DNA of 64,000 nucleotides, taken from positions 83,108 through 147,107 of the forward strand of contig JBAYIR010000001.1 in assembly GCA_041665505.1 (NCBI GenBank), given 5' to 3'. The notes below the pieces were generated by a model. That model saw only the letters and a list, made by a program, of their open reading frames with translations. It searched no databases and was not told the origin of the DNA. This DNA comes from Patescibacteria group bacterium (lineage in GTDB: Bacteria; Patescibacteriota; Patescibacteriia; UBA1558; GWA2-36-10). Position numbers and translations under genes: made by a program. The stretch's first letter is position 1, and each line of letters starts with the position of its first letter. Shown piece by piece: positions 18,421 through 28,298 of this stretch.

Positions 18421-19410
18421 ATGAGTCAAGATTATAAGCACATTAGCGTGCTACTTGATGAAGTTATAGAATTTTTAAATCCTAGTAGCAACCAAAATTA
18501 TATTGACCTTACTTTAGGAGGTGGAGGACACAGTGGTGCTATTTTAGCTAAGACAGGTCCAAAGGGTAAAGTATTGGCCTTTGAGATGGACACTAGGGCT
18601 ATTAACGCGGCTAAAAATAATTTGTCAGAATACCTGCCTACCGGACAGGCAGGTAGAGATAGACTGATTATTGTAAATAGTAGTTATATAAATTTAGAAA
18701 CAGAAGTAAAAAATAAAGATATTAAAAATATTTCTGGTATTGTTGCAGATTTAGGTTTGTCGTCTGACCAATTGGATAAAGCAGATAGGGGATTCTCATT
18801 CAAAGATCATGGACCACTGGACATGAGATTTGATCCAAATGGTCAGACTCCGACAGCTTCAGATATAGTCATGAACTCAACTGAGGCACAAATTTTAAAA
18901 ATATTTCGTGAGTATGGTGAAGTAAAACAGGCCAAGCGCCTGGCTAGAGGACTTGTCCTCTGGCGAAAAGATTTAGGTAAACAAAAACAAAAATCTATAA
19001 AAACTTCCATGCTTGTCAACGCCATACTCCGAATATTGAATATAAAAGAAGAGAGTTTGAAACGATTTCGTATCCATCCAGCCACGCAAGTGTTCCAAGC
19101 TCTACGTATAGCAGTCAACGATGAACTTAATAATTTACAAAAAGTTTTGCCACAAGCTTATAATATTCTATCTCCAGGCGGGCGTCTGGCGATCATCACT
19201 TTCCATTCTCTTGAAGATCGTATAGTCAAACACTATTTCAAGAATCTAAGCAAAGGATGTATTTGCCCGCCAGAGACTCCAGTCTGTCGCTGTAATAATC
19301 AAGCCAAGGTAAAACTTATTACTAAGAAAGCTATTAAAGCTTTACCAAAAGAAGTGGATAAAAATTTTCGTAGCCGCAGTGCTATATTAAGAGTAATAGA
19401 AAAAATATAA
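18421..19410 (+). CDS. rsmH: 16S rRNA m4C1402 methyltransferase
   Basis: HISVLLDE, DLTLGGGGHS, DLGLSS, PLDMR, FQALRIAVNDEL, FHSLEDR. Confidence 0.97.
   Translation: MSQDYKHISVLLDEVIEFLNPSSNQNYIDLTLGGGGHSGAILAKTGPKGKVLAFEMDTRAINAAKNNLSEYLPTGQAGRDRLIIVNSSYINLETEVKNKDIKNISGIVADLGLSSDQLDKADRGFSFKDHGPLDMRFDPNGQTPTASDIVMNSTEAQILKIFREYGEVKQAKRLARGLVLWRKDLGKQKQKSIKTSMLVNAILRILNIKEESLKRFRIHPATQVFQALRIAVNDELNNLQKVLPQAYNILSPGGRLAIITFHSLEDRIVKHYFKNLSKGCICPPETPVCRCNNQAKVKLITKKAIKALPKEVDKNFRSRSAILRVIEKI
18633..18653. repeat. 21-nt palindromic element inserted in-frame in rsmH
   Basis: cctgcctaccggacaggcagg flanked by TA|TA; near-identical to the copy at 28209-28228. Confidence 0.8.
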
Positions 19411-19449
19411 AATTCCCATTTTGTGGGTATAAAAAATAAAAAAGAAGAA

Positions 19450-19773
19450 ATGTCAAAAACAAAAACAAAATTAATTAGTGCTTGGCAGATCATCAAAAAA
19501 GGTAATACCTTTATGGTGTTTAGCTTGGTGTTACTACTAATGACAATGCTAGTTTCTACCAATTATGCCAATAGTCAATCATTAGAGAGGAATGAGCTTG
19601 GTGAGCAAATCAAGACGGCTGAAGATGAATTGAGACTTTTTAATGCTAATGTGGGTGAATTGCAAACCACAGAGAGGATCAAGCAAGAGAGTCAGAGATT
19701 AAATTTAGTAAAAATTCAAACTGAGAATATTTACTATGTAGATGGAGATCGTGATTTGGTTGCTTTAAAATAA
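19450..19773 (+). CDS. ftsL: FtsL-like cell division protein
   Basis: Located between rsmH and ftsI; TM followed by coiled coil. Confidence 0.7.
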   Translation: MSKTKTKLISAWQIIKKGNTFMVFSLVLLLMTMLVSTNYANSQSLERNELGEQIKTAEDELRLFNANVGELQTTERIKQESQRLNLVKIQTENIYYVDGDRDLVALK

Positions 19774-19875
19774 AGGTTATTTGAAACTTATATTAGCTCC
19801 TCGGTTAGAAAATATAAAAGCTAGGCTTTCATATTTCGCTGGCTTTATATTGCTAATAAAATCAATTGCTTATTT

Positions 19876-21690
19876 ATGAATTTTTTTAGGTCTCAGAATG
19901 TGCAAATATCTGGTTTTAGAATAAATGCCCTCTGGTGGGGTATTTTTTTCTTAATACTTATCATTATTGGGAGACTTTTTTGTATTCAAATTTTAGATAA
20001 TGAATATTATTTTAAATTGGGCTTAAGCCAGAGATCAATAGTGAGAGAAATTAAACCGGAGCGAGGACGCATTTTTGCTGTGGCCAATGATGATGCTAGC
20101 GCCGAACTGTATCCTTTGGCTATTAATAAAGTTTACTATGAAATTAGTGTGGATCCTTCCAAAATTAGCCGCCCACAAAATATTGCAGATATTCTTATAG
20201 AAGTTTTAGGCATAGAAGATCAGGCAGCTAAAGATGATATTTTAAATAAAATTAAGAAAGAAAATAGATTTTATGAACTAATAGCTAAAGATGTACCAAA
20301 AGAAAAGGTAGATATTTTGATTGCTAAGTTAGAAGAAGTACGTTTTGATATGAATAAAGATAAATCAGAAAAAGATAGGGTCAGAGATTTATCAGGTTTA
20401 GGTGTTAATTTTGTAAAAAACGTATTGCGTTATTATCCTGATAAAGAGATAGGAGCCCATATTTTGGGATTCTTGGGTTATGATGATACGGGCGTAGATA
20501 GAGTAGGTAAATATGGTTTAGAAGGATATTTTGACAATGCTTTAGCTGGTTTAGGAGGGCAAGTAGTAGGCGAAGCTGATGTGGCTGGTCGGCTTTTGAC
20601 TGGCAATGATGGTAAGGCGGTGGAAAATGGGGCAGATATTATTTTGACTATTGATCGGACAGTGCAATACGCCGTTTGTAAATCTTTGGAAAAGTCTGTC
20701 GCCAATTATATGGCCAAGTCAGGCACAGTCATTGTCATGGAAACAACAACTGGCGCTATCAGAGCGATGTGTACTTATCCTAGCTTTGATCCAAATAATT
20801 ATAGTGATGTAGCCAGTGGTGATGTTTATAATAATCTGGCAGTTTATGATAATTATGAGCCAGGCTCAGTGATGAAGTCTATTTCTCTGGCTATTGCTAT
20901 AGATCAAAATAAAATAACGCCAAATACTGTTTATGAAGACAAAGGGGAGGTAAAATTTTCTAGTGGACAAACCATTAGAAATTCTGATTTGAAAGCTCAC
21001 GGTATGGTAGATATGAAAGAAGTACTAGCTGCTTCTTTAAACACTGGTGTTGTCTTTGCCACTTCAGATATTAATAATAAAATTTTTGAAGATTATATGA
21101 AAAAATTTGGTTTTGGCCAAAAAAGTGATTTGGCCATTAGCCAAGATTCAGAAGGTAATATTTCTTCTTTATCTAAAAGTGGAGATATTTATAAAGCTAC
21201 TGCTTCTTATGGGCAGGGTGTGACGGTATCACCTATGCAGATGTTAAATGCTATAAATGTCCTAGCCAACAGTGGGAACTTGGTGAAGCCTTATATTGTT
21301 TCTAGAATAGTTTATGCCAATGGTACAGAAGAAAAATTTTCTCCTAAAGTACTTCGTCAGGTAATAGATAAAGCTACTGCTACCCAATTATCAGCTATGA
21401 TGGTTAACGTAGTAGATAATGGTCATTCTAAGAAAGCTGGAGTAGAGGGATATTATGTGGCTGCTAAAACTGGTACCGCTCAGGTAGCCAATCCAGATAC
21501 TGGTCGTTATTATACTGATAGAACTATACATACTTTGACTGGTTTTGCTCCCAATGAAAATCCAAAGTTTACTATGCTGGCAAAATTAGATTATCCAAAA
21601 GCGGCTTTTGCCGAATCCACAGCCGCTCCATTATTTGGTGAAATTAGCAAATTTCTGTTAGAATATTATCAGATAGCACCCACAAGATAA
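19876..21690 (+). CDS. ftsI: Class B penicillin-binding protein (FtsI/PBP2 family)
   Basis: RGRI, YEPGSVMK (SxxK), SLN, KTGTAQ. Confidence 0.92.
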   Translation: MNFFRSQNVQISGFRINALWWGIFFLILIIIGRLFCIQILDNEYYFKLGLSQRSIVREIKPERGRIFAVANDDASAELYPLAINKVYYEISVDPSKISRPQNIADILIEVLGIEDQAAKDDILNKIKKENRFYELIAKDVPKEKVDILIAKLEEVRFDMNKDKSEKDRVRDLSGLGVNFVKNVLRYYPDKEIGAHILGFLGYDDTGVDRVGKYGLEGYFDNALAGLGGQVVGEADVAGRLLTGNDGKAVENGADIILTIDRTVQYAVCKSLEKSVANYMAKSGTVIVMETTTGAIRAMCTYPSFDPNNYSDVASGDVYNNLAVYDNYEPGSVMKSISLAIAIDQNKITPNTVYEDKGEVKFSSGQTIRNSDLKAHGMVDMKEVLAASLNTGVVFATSDINNKIFEDYMKKFGFGQKSDLAISQDSEGNISSLSKSGDIYKATASYGQGVTVSPMQMLNAINVLANSGNLVKPYIVSRIVYANGTEEKFSPKVLRQVIDKATATQLSAMMVNVVDNGHSKKAGVEGYYVAAKTGTAQVANPDTGRYYTDRTIHTLTGFAPNENPKFTMLAKLDYPKAAFAESTAAPLFGEISKFLLEYYQIAPTR

Positions 21691-21698
21691 ATTTAAAA

Positions 21699-22964
21699 AT
21701 GAAAAAAATATTACATATTATTTTAAGATTATTAGCTAAAGCCGTAGTTGATAAATATCAACCCAAGGTGATTGCTATTACTGGCTCGGTGGGTAAAACT
21801 TCAGCTAAAGAGGCTATTTTTGTAGTTTTAAAGGATAAATTTAATACTAGGGCTCCTAGCAAGAATTTTAATAATGAAATCGGCACACCTTTGACTATTT
21901 TAGGTCGCCAAAACTCACCAGGTAAAAATATTTTAGCTTGGCTTTGGATATTTATTTTGGCTATAAAATTATTGATTATTAAAGATAAAAATTATCCTCA
22001 AGTATTGGTTCTAGAGATGGGGGCTGATAAAGTAGGGGATATAAAATATTTGACCTCTATTGCTCGTCCACAAATTGGCCTTATTACTGCTATTGGCACT
22101 AGCCATCTAGAATTTTTTAAAACAATAGAAAATATTGTCAAAGAAAAAAGTTCTATATTGGATAGATTGCATAAAGATGAATTGGCAGTTTTAAATAATG
22201 ATGATGTCAATTTAGAAAAAGTAATAGCCAATTGTCAAAGCAAAGTTTTGACTTATGGCCGAAAAGAAAATTCTAATATTAGAATTTCAGATATCAATAT
22301 TGTTAAAAAAGAGGATGCTTATGGTACAAATTTTAAATTGACTTATCAGGGAGCAGAAGTGCCAATGTTTTTGCCTTATGTCTTGGGCTGGCAGCATACT
22401 TACGCCGCTGCTAGCGCAGTAGCAATAGCTTTGTCTATGGGCATGAATTTGGTAGAAATTGGTCAAAGATTATTGGATTATCGGCCAGCCCGTGGCAGGA
22501 CCAATCTTATCAAAGGAATAAAAGATACTTGGATAATTGATGATTCTTACAATGCCTCTCCACAGTCTGCTAAAGCAGCTTTGGATCTTTTGGTAGCTAT
22601 GCCTATAGCTGGCAGGAAAATAGCAGTCTTAGGTGATATGCTGGAGCTAGGCTCTTTAAGTGTTGAAGCTCATCAAGAAGTGGGTAGAGAATTAGTAAAG
22701 TTGGGTGTTGATTATTTGTTTGTAGTGGGAGAGAGATCATGTGATATTGCTAGAGGAGCTAGGACAGCTGGTATGGATGAAGATAATATTTATCATTTTG
22801 CTTTTACTACTGAAGCTGGTTTATTTTTGCAAGAACGTCTTAAGGAAAATGATGTCATACTAGTTAAAGGTTCTCGGGGAGCTAAGATGGAGCAAATTGT
22901 TTATGAGATAATGGCTAAACCATGGTCAGCCAAGGATTTATTAGTCGGACAAATAGTCAAATAG
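21699..22964 (+). CDS. murF: UDP-N-acetylmuramoyl-tripeptide--D-Ala-D-Ala ligase
   Basis: ITGSVGKTSAKE, NNEIG, DDSYNASP, GDMLELG, VKGSRG. Confidence 0.93.
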   Translation: MKKILHIILRLLAKAVVDKYQPKVIAITGSVGKTSAKEAIFVVLKDKFNTRAPSKNFNNEIGTPLTILGRQNSPGKNILAWLWIFILAIKLLIIKDKNYPQVLVLEMGADKVGDIKYLTSIARPQIGLITAIGTSHLEFFKTIENIVKEKSSILDRLHKDELAVLNNDDVNLEKVIANCQSKVLTYGRKENSNIRISDINIVKKEDAYGTNFKLTYQGAEVPMFLPYVLGWQHTYAAASAVAIALSMGMNLVEIGQRLLDYRPARGRTNLIKGIKDTWIIDDSYNASPQSAKAALDLLVAMPIAGRKIAVLGDMLELGSLSVEAHQEVGRELVKLGVDYLFVVGERSCDIARGARTAGMDEDNIYHFAFTTEAGLFLQERLKENDVILVKGSRGAKMEQIVYEIMAKPWSAKDLLVGQIVK

Positions 22965-23075
22965 CTTGACTATAGTTTAAATATTTGTTAGAAATATATC
23001 TGTTTTATAGTCCCATACCGTTATTAGGCGGATGGGAGTTTAATAATTATGTTGTTAATATTTATAATATTTTAT

Positions 23076-23150
23076 GGCCCCATCGTCTAACGGTTAGGAC
23101 GTCAGGTTCTCAACCTGGCAATCAGGGTTCGATTCCCTGTGGGGTCACCA
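23076..23150 (+). tRNA. tRNA-Glu (CTC)
   Basis: Cloverleaf; anticodon arm tcagg-ttCTCaa-cctgg; GGTTCGATTCC; encoded CCA. Confidence 0.95.
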
Positions 23151-23151
23151 A

Positions 23152-23228
23152 GGGCATGTAGCTCAGTTGGTTAGAGCACTACATTCACATTGTAGGGGTC
23201 GAAGGTTCGAATCCCTCCATGCCCACCA
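23152..23228 (+). tRNA. tRNA-Val (CAC)
   Basis: ctaca-ttCACat-tgtag; GGTTCGAATCC; encoded CCA. Confidence 0.95.
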
Positions 23229-23352
23229 TTCGACTCCGTTCTGCTCTGCAGAACTTCGCTCATGGTCTGCGACCACAAAAGTAAATTAAAATATAAGGTG
23301 TCGAATGTCCTGAGCGGAGTCCTGAGTTTATCGGAGGACGAAGTCGAAGGAC
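23229..23352 (+). repeat. tRNA-3'-linked structured repeat, copy 1
   Basis: ttcgactccg...cgctcatggtc...gtcgaatgtcctgag...gaaggac; homologous to 27893-28000 and 58827-58944. Confidence 0.9.
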
Positions 23353-23401
23353 ATTAAAAATCAGTTTTATTTAAGGACTGTTTTTTTGTTGAAAAAAGAA
23401 G

Positions 23402-23430
23402 GCCGCCGCCACGTCAGACGTGGCGGCGGC
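23402..23430 (-). terminator. GC-rich hairpin closing cassette 4
   Basis: gccgccgccacgtc-a-gacgtggcggcggc. Confidence 0.8.
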
Positions 23431-23445
23431 ATGAAGCGATATGAC

Positions 23446-24111
23446 CTAGCCGAGGTCGGCTTGGTCGAGGAGGCTCTTCTCGTATCTCTCGGCCACTTCG
23501 AGCTGATGCATCAGCCCATCGATGGCCATCTGGATGAGGTCTTCCCGGCAGGTCGGGACAGCTACAAAGCGTCTAGCCGCTTTGTCAGTTGGGAACATCA
23601 CAACCATCCACCAGCCTGCGGTAATTCCGCCGATTCCTTTGACCTTGCTACCGTAGGTGGTTGCCTTACCATCGACGATATCGTCGGGATTCTCCAAGCC
23701 GTAGCCATGGAAGCAGCGATAGTCGGGACCATGACGCTTGAATCGCAGGACCGCCACGACGGGTATTCTCACGTATTGATGGTACGTGGCAGCAGAGCAG
23801 CTGGTCGCCCTGACGATCTCGTTGTAGAACCCATCTTTGCGCTGAATTCTGATCAGCTGGTCAGAGAGGTCTCCCAGGACCGTCTTGATCTCCGAGCTGT
23901 CTGCAATCGGCCGTGCTATGACCGTGGTGGCCTGGGGGTTGACCTTGATGTCCAGCAGTGCAAAGCCGGCTTTTGCCAAGCTGATGGGGGACTCCGGATC
24001 GAGGGTGCCAGTAGCTACATCGTCTCTACCGATTCCCCAACGAAAACAATGATTGCCGTCGAGCCGTACCACACCAGTGGTGTAGATGGGGTCACAATTT
24101 TGTGCCTGCAT
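23446..24111 (-). CDS. Orphan protein (GC-rich cassette 4)
   Basis: Start MQAQNCD at 24111 with GGAGGA SD at 24118-24123; TTGACA(24217-24222)-N17-TATAAT promoter; downstream hairpin. Confidence 0.75.
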   Translation of the reverse strand: MQAQNCDPIYTTGVVRLDGNHCFRWGIGRDDVATGTLDPESPISLAKAGFALLDIKVNPQATTVIARPIADSSEIKTVLGDLSDQLIRIQRKDGFYNEIVRATSCSAATYHQYVRIPVVAVLRFKRHGPDYRCFHGYGLENPDDIVDGKATTYGSKVKGIGGITAGWWMVVMFPTDKAARRFVAVPTCREDLIQMAIDGLMHQLEVAERYEKSLLDQADLG

Positions 24112-24248
24112 TGGGAATCCTCCAGATTTAGTTGCATTTGTCTGCATTTATGATGCCTGCTGGCACCATTGTTCCTAGAGTTAGGAACAAAGTATTATAC
24201 TATTATTTATTTTTTTTGTCAATGGTTGTTATATTTAAAGAAAATTAA

Positions 24249-24279
24249 GACCGCCGCGCATCCAGGGACGCGCGGCGGC
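24249..24279 (-). terminator. GC-rich hairpin closing cassette 5
   Basis: gccgccgcgcgtcc-ctggat-gcgcggcggtc on the minus strand. Confidence 0.75.
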
Positions 24280-24290
24280 TACGGAGGATA

Positions 24291-24791
24291 CTACGGAAGT
24301 ATCTTCCAGACGGTAGGATTTCTTTTCCGGAAACTCTTGATGCTCTGCTCTCGGTGCATATTTTTGGCCAACACTACGGCCAAGATCAGAAGCATCAGAG
24401 CCATGAGGCTCTTGAACAGAGCCAAAATCCCTTGACCTAAAGGAGCGTGGATGGTGTGGACGGACATCGTCGCAACCAGTTTGTCTCCTTTGGTCTCGTA
24501 GACCATGAACTGGTACTGACCGAAGACGATCAGTGCTTCTTCGCCACTTTTGATGGTGGCGAGGTGCCGGCTGTTCTTGATGACCTTGAAGTAACACTCC
24601 TTGGAGTCGATGGTGACCAGCGCATGTTCGCTAATCTTGAAATCGACACTGTCGCCGTCCCGAAGGACAGCTCCAGTCACAGGAATCCGGTCATTCTCCG
24701 AACGAATATGGAGCTCGATAGCTCCTTCGCTCGCACGGACGACGGTGGTGGCACAGATCAGAATGGCGATGGTCAGAAGAAGAGTCTTCAT
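24291..24791 (-). CDS. Signal-peptide, beta-rich, C-terminally anchored orphan protein (GC-rich cassette 5)
   Basis: MKTLLLTIAILICATTVVRA signal; C-terminal TM and basic tail; AAAGGA SD; TTGACA(24918-24923)-N17-TATAAT. Confidence 0.78.
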   Translation of the reverse strand: MKTLLLTIAILICATTVVRASEGAIELHIRSENDRIPVTGAVLRDGDSVDFKISEHALVTIDSKECYFKVIKNSRHLATIKSGEEALIVFGQYQFMVYETKGDKLVATMSVHTIHAPLGQGILALFKSLMALMLLILAVVLAKNMHREQSIKSFRKRNPTVWKILP

Positions 24792-25021
24792 GTCGCGAGT
24801 CCTTTCGCTTGCAGTTTCAGGTTCCTTCCCTCTTTATTTTAAAGGCTTTTGAGCCTTTTGTGACGTCAATGAGCTTGCTTTAAGCAATTATCTAATTATA
24901 GCACTTTTTATCTTTTTTGTCAATGTATATTATTAAAATATATAAATATGTTTGAAAGCGCCATTATAGTTGACAATATTGATTATTTTTGTTAATATTT
25001 ACCCTGTTAAATAAAGAAAAT

Positions 25022-25336
25022 ATGAAAGCAGTTATAAAAACAGGTGGAAAACAATATCAAGTCGTCAAAGGTGATATTATTAAGATTGAAAAATTACCAA
25101 AGACTGAAGAAGGACAAAAGGTAATTTTTGATACAGTTTTACTTTTAGTAGATAAAGATAAAGCAACTTTGGGTAATCCGACTGTGGCTAAGGCCAAAGT
25201 GGAAGCTACTTTATTGCGTAATTTTAAAACCAAAAAAGTAGATGTCTTTAAATATAAAAATAAGACTAGATACAGAAAAAATTATGGTCATCGTCAACAG
25301 TTAGCTGAAGTAAAGATTGATAACATTGTTGCCTAA
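25022..25336 (+). CDS. rplU: 50S ribosomal protein L21
   Basis: AVIKTGGKQYQV, GHRQ; ATG at 25022. Confidence 0.97.
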   Translation: MKAVIKTGGKQYQVVKGDIIKIEKLPKTEEGQKVIFDTVLLLVDKDKATLGNPTVAKAKVEATLLRNFKTKKVDVFKYKNKTRYRKNYGHRQQLAEVKIDNIVA

Positions 25337-25411
25337 AAAATTTCAATAATAAAAAAAGAACTAGCTAGCTAGTTCTTTTTTGTTTGTAGTTTAATTTTTT
25401 TTGAAACTGCT

Positions 25412-26008
25412 TTATAATTTTTTTCTATTTTTTAAAGCCGAGCTCAAGGTAACTTCATCAGTATATTCTATATTAGCTCCCATTGGTATACCTCTAGCTA
25501 GTTGGGTAACTGCTACTGGGTAGTCTTGTAAAAATTTGGCCAGGTAAATAGTAGTTGCTTCTCCTTCCATACTTTGATCAAGAGCGATAATCATTTCACT
25601 GACGCCATTATTTTTTATTCTCGCGGCTAGTTCTTTTATTTTTAATTTGTCAGGAGTAATACCTTCTAGCGGACTCAGTAAGCCATTTAATAGATGATAG
25701 ACACCATTAAATTCTCTGGTTTTTTCTATTGCTTCGACATCTTGATTGTTGGCTACTACACAGATAGTAGTCTTATCTCTCTGAGGATTAGCACAAATAC
25801 TGCATAGGCCATCGTCTGTCAAATCGTAGCACTCTGGACAAAGGTGGATATTTTTATAAGCATCGGCCAAGGCTTCTGATAATTCTTTGATATCTTCTTT
25901 TCTATGCATCAAATTAAAAACTAACCTGGCGGAAGTTTTTGGTCCAATGCCAGGTAGTTTATCAAATTCATTGATTAGTCTTTGTAGGAAAGCTGGTAAA
26001 TGCTTCAT
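25412..26008 (-). CDS. recR: Recombination protein RecR
   Basis: LPGIGPKTS, C4 zinc finger, TOPRIM domain, EYTDEVTL. Confidence 0.96.
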   Translation of the reverse strand: MKHLPAFLQRLINEFDKLPGIGPKTSARLVFNLMHRKEDIKELSEALADAYKNIHLCPECYDLTDDGLCSICANPQRDKTTICVVANNQDVEAIEKTREFNGVYHLLNGLLSPLEGITPDKLKIKELAARIKNNGVSEMIIALDQSMEGEATTIYLAKFLQDYPVAVTQLARGIPMGANIEYTDEVTLSSALKNRKKL

Positions 26009-26015
26009 AAGGAGT

Positions 26016-26306
26016 TTATTTTAAAAGACTATCGAAGCCGCCCATTTGTTGCATCTTCATAGCCATCTTGCGTTGGACTTTTTTGATAGCCTCGGAAATG
26101 CCACTGATAATTTCTTTTTCTAGTTCATTTTTTTTGTCTTTAGCCAAGAAATCATCACTAATATCTAAACTTTTTATTTCTTGATTACCATCCATCACTA
26201 TTTTGACAGCACGGTTACTAACCTCAACACTTTCTTCAGCCATAGCATTTTTGATGGTGCTAGCTTGTTTTCTTAGGTCGTTGTATTGTTTTAATTTGTT
26301 GAACAT
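26016..26306 (-). CDS. ybaB: YbaB/EbfC nucleoid-associated protein
   Basis: VKIVMDGNQEIKSLDI; adjacent to recR. Confidence 0.88.
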   Translation of the reverse strand: MFNKLKQYNDLRKQASTIKNAMAEESVEVSNRAVKIVMDGNQEIKSLDISDDFLAKDKKNELEKEIISGISEAIKKVQRKMAMKMQQMGGFDSLLK

Positions 26307-26327
26307 ATTTTGTTTTAATTAATTATT

Positions 26328-27782
26328 TTAAGGTATATCTTGCCAACCAATTTTGGCTGGTGGTCTATTATTTTTAAAATTATCAGCATTAGGAATTGGT
26401 ATAGCATCTTCACTTATTTCTGGCGGGGGAAGGGTATTTTGATATTCTCGATCTAGGTTTTTAAAAGATACTTTACTTTCATCAAAAAACAATCGACAAA
26501 TACCAGTTGGACCATTTCTATGCTTATCAATATGTATTTCAGCTATATTTCTTTCTTCATCAGGGCAATCACGTGATTTGTCTTTGGATTTTCTGTATAT
26601 AAACATCACAATATCAGCATCTTGCTCAATAGATCCAGATTCACGAAGATCAGCTAGTTTTGGTATGGCTGGGCTTCTAGATTCTACAGCACGAGAAAGC
26701 TGAGAAAGAGCCAAAACAGGGATATCTAGTTCACGAGCAATTTGTTTGAGAGAACGAGAGATTTTGGAAATTTCTTGGACTCTATTTTCAGAATTGGTAT
26801 CACCTTCCATAAGTTGTAGATAGTCAATCACCAAAAAGCCAAGATTGTGTTCCATTTTTAAGCGTCTGGCTTTGGTGCGGATTTCCATGACATTGGCATT
26901 GGCACTGTCGTCAATAAATATTGGTGCTTCTGACAATATGCCCATAGCCCGACCAATGCGCGGGAAATCATCATCTTCTTCTTTATCAGACAATTTTCCA
27001 GTGCGCATTTTCCAAAGATCTACCTCAGCTTCAGCGGCCAGTAATCTATCAACTAATTGTTCTTTACTCATTTCCAAAGAAAATATACCAACTGGTACTT
27101 TGGCTTTAACGGCAATATTTCTAGCAATATCTAAAGCAAAAGTCGTTTTACCTAAAGATGGACGAGCAGCCAAGATAATCAAATCAGAGTTTTGAAAACC
27201 AGATAGTCTACTATCTAGGTCGTTAAAACCACTAGGAATGCCGCGAGTGCCGTGGCCACCTGATTTGTGTAGTTCATCTATACGATTGAAAGTTTCAGTC
27301 AAAACACTTTTGATTGGTATAAAATTTTTCTTGAGTGATTCTTGGGAAATAGCAAAAAGTTTTTGTTCAGCTTTATCTAATAATTGGCTGACATCTTGGT
27401 CTTCAGAAAAACTAAACTCAGATATTTCGCTAGCGGCACGTTCTAGTTTTCTTAGAGTAGATTTTTTGCGGATAATATCAGCGTAGGATACAGCGTGAGA
27501 TGAATTTGGTACGCCGGCAGTAAGTTCGGCTAAATAAGCTTTACCGCCTACATTGTTTAACTGTTTTTTTTCAGCTAGTCTATTACCAACAGATAAAATA
27601 TCAGCCGGTTCATGCTTTTCAAATAAGTCCAAAATAGCCTGATAGATCAGACCGTTGGCTTCTTTGTAGAAATCACTGGTGCGTAAAGTATCACCAATCT
27701 TGATAATAGTTTCTTTATCAAGTAGTAAGGCGCCCAAAAGTGAACTCTCGGCTTCTAAATTTTGAGGAGGTATTTTACTCAT
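26328..27782 (-). CDS. dnaB: Replicative DNA helicase
   Basis: PPQNLEAE, AARPSLGKT, IDYLQL, SQLSR, LRESGSIEQDAD, KHRNGP; no intein. Confidence 0.98.
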   Translation of the reverse strand: MSKIPPQNLEAESSLLGALLLDKETIIKIGDTLRTSDFYKEANGLIYQAILDLFEKHEPADILSVGNRLAEKKQLNNVGGKAYLAELTAGVPNSSHAVSYADIIRKKSTLRKLERAASEISEFSFSEDQDVSQLLDKAEQKLFAISQESLKKNFIPIKSVLTETFNRIDELHKSGGHGTRGIPSGFNDLDSRLSGFQNSDLIILAARPSLGKTTFALDIARNIAVKAKVPVGIFSLEMSKEQLVDRLLAAEAEVDLWKMRTGKLSDKEEDDDFPRIGRAMGILSEAPIFIDDSANANVMEIRTKARRLKMEHNLGFLVIDYLQLMEGDTNSENRVQEISKISRSLKQIARELDIPVLALSQLSRAVESRSPAIPKLADLRESGSIEQDADIVMFIYRKSKDKSRDCPDEERNIAEIHIDKHRNGPTGICRLFFDESKVSFKNLDREYQNTLPPPEISEDAIPIPNADNFKNNRPPAKIGWQDIP

Positions 27783-27892
27783 GCCTGTATTAATTCGTAG
27801 GCTTAGCTTAACTCATTTTTCCTTATTTTTCAAGCTTTTTTATAGACAGTTTATGCCCAAATAAAAAACAGCCTTTTGGCTGATATTTAAGT

Positions 27893-28000
27893 GTCCTTCG
27901 GTTCGCTATGCTCACTCAGGACATTCGACACCTTATATTTTAATTTACTTTTGTGGTCGAAGACCATGAGCGAAGTTCTGCAAAGCAGAACGGAGTCGAA
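27893..28000 (-). repeat. tRNA-3'-linked structured repeat, copy 2
   Basis: Reverse complement is nearly identical to 23229-23315. Confidence 0.9.
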
Positions 28001-28077
28001 TGGTGCGCCCAGAGGGATTCGAACCCCCGACCGTTTGCTTAAAAGGCAACTGCTCTACCAGGCTGAGCTATAGGCGC
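28001..28077 (-). tRNA. tRNA-Lys (TTT)
   Basis: gcgcctatagctcagcctggtagagcagttgcctTTTaagcaaacggtcgggggttcgaatccctctgggcgcacca. Confidence 0.95.
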
Positions 28078-28144
28078 GTATGAAAAATTAAAATTTGTAA
28101 ATTATCAATGATCTGGCCTATCTATCTTGGAGGCGAAGCCTGGA

Positions 28145-28250
28145 AGGCTGCCTGTCCCGCGTAGCTTTAGCGAAGCGGGGAGCTATAGGCGCATGTTTTT
28201 TTGAGCTACCTGCCTGCCGGCAGGCAGGTAGGCGCGTATGAAAAATTAAA
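28145..28250 (-). pseudogene. Two interrupted duplicates of the tRNA-Lys 5' end, each carrying a palindromic insert
   Basis: gcgcctatagctc|30 nt|agcct at 28145-28192; gagcta|cctgcctgccggcaggcagg|taggcgcgtatgaaaaattaaa at 28203-28250. Confidence 0.75.
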
Positions 28251-28298
28251 TGTAAAATACGGAGATTAGTATATACATTTTTGTTTGTATTGTCAATA

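Noticed and set aside
23386-24153. 255-aa plus-strand ORF
   Set aside because: Antisense shadow of cassette 4; promoter, SD and hairpin polarity support the minus-strand gene
23229-24923. Prophage or integrative island at tRNA-Val
   Set aside because: No integrase, phage genes or att duplication of the tRNA 3' end
27891-28073. 60-aa ORF
   Set aside because: Overlaps tRNA-Lys and its linked repeat
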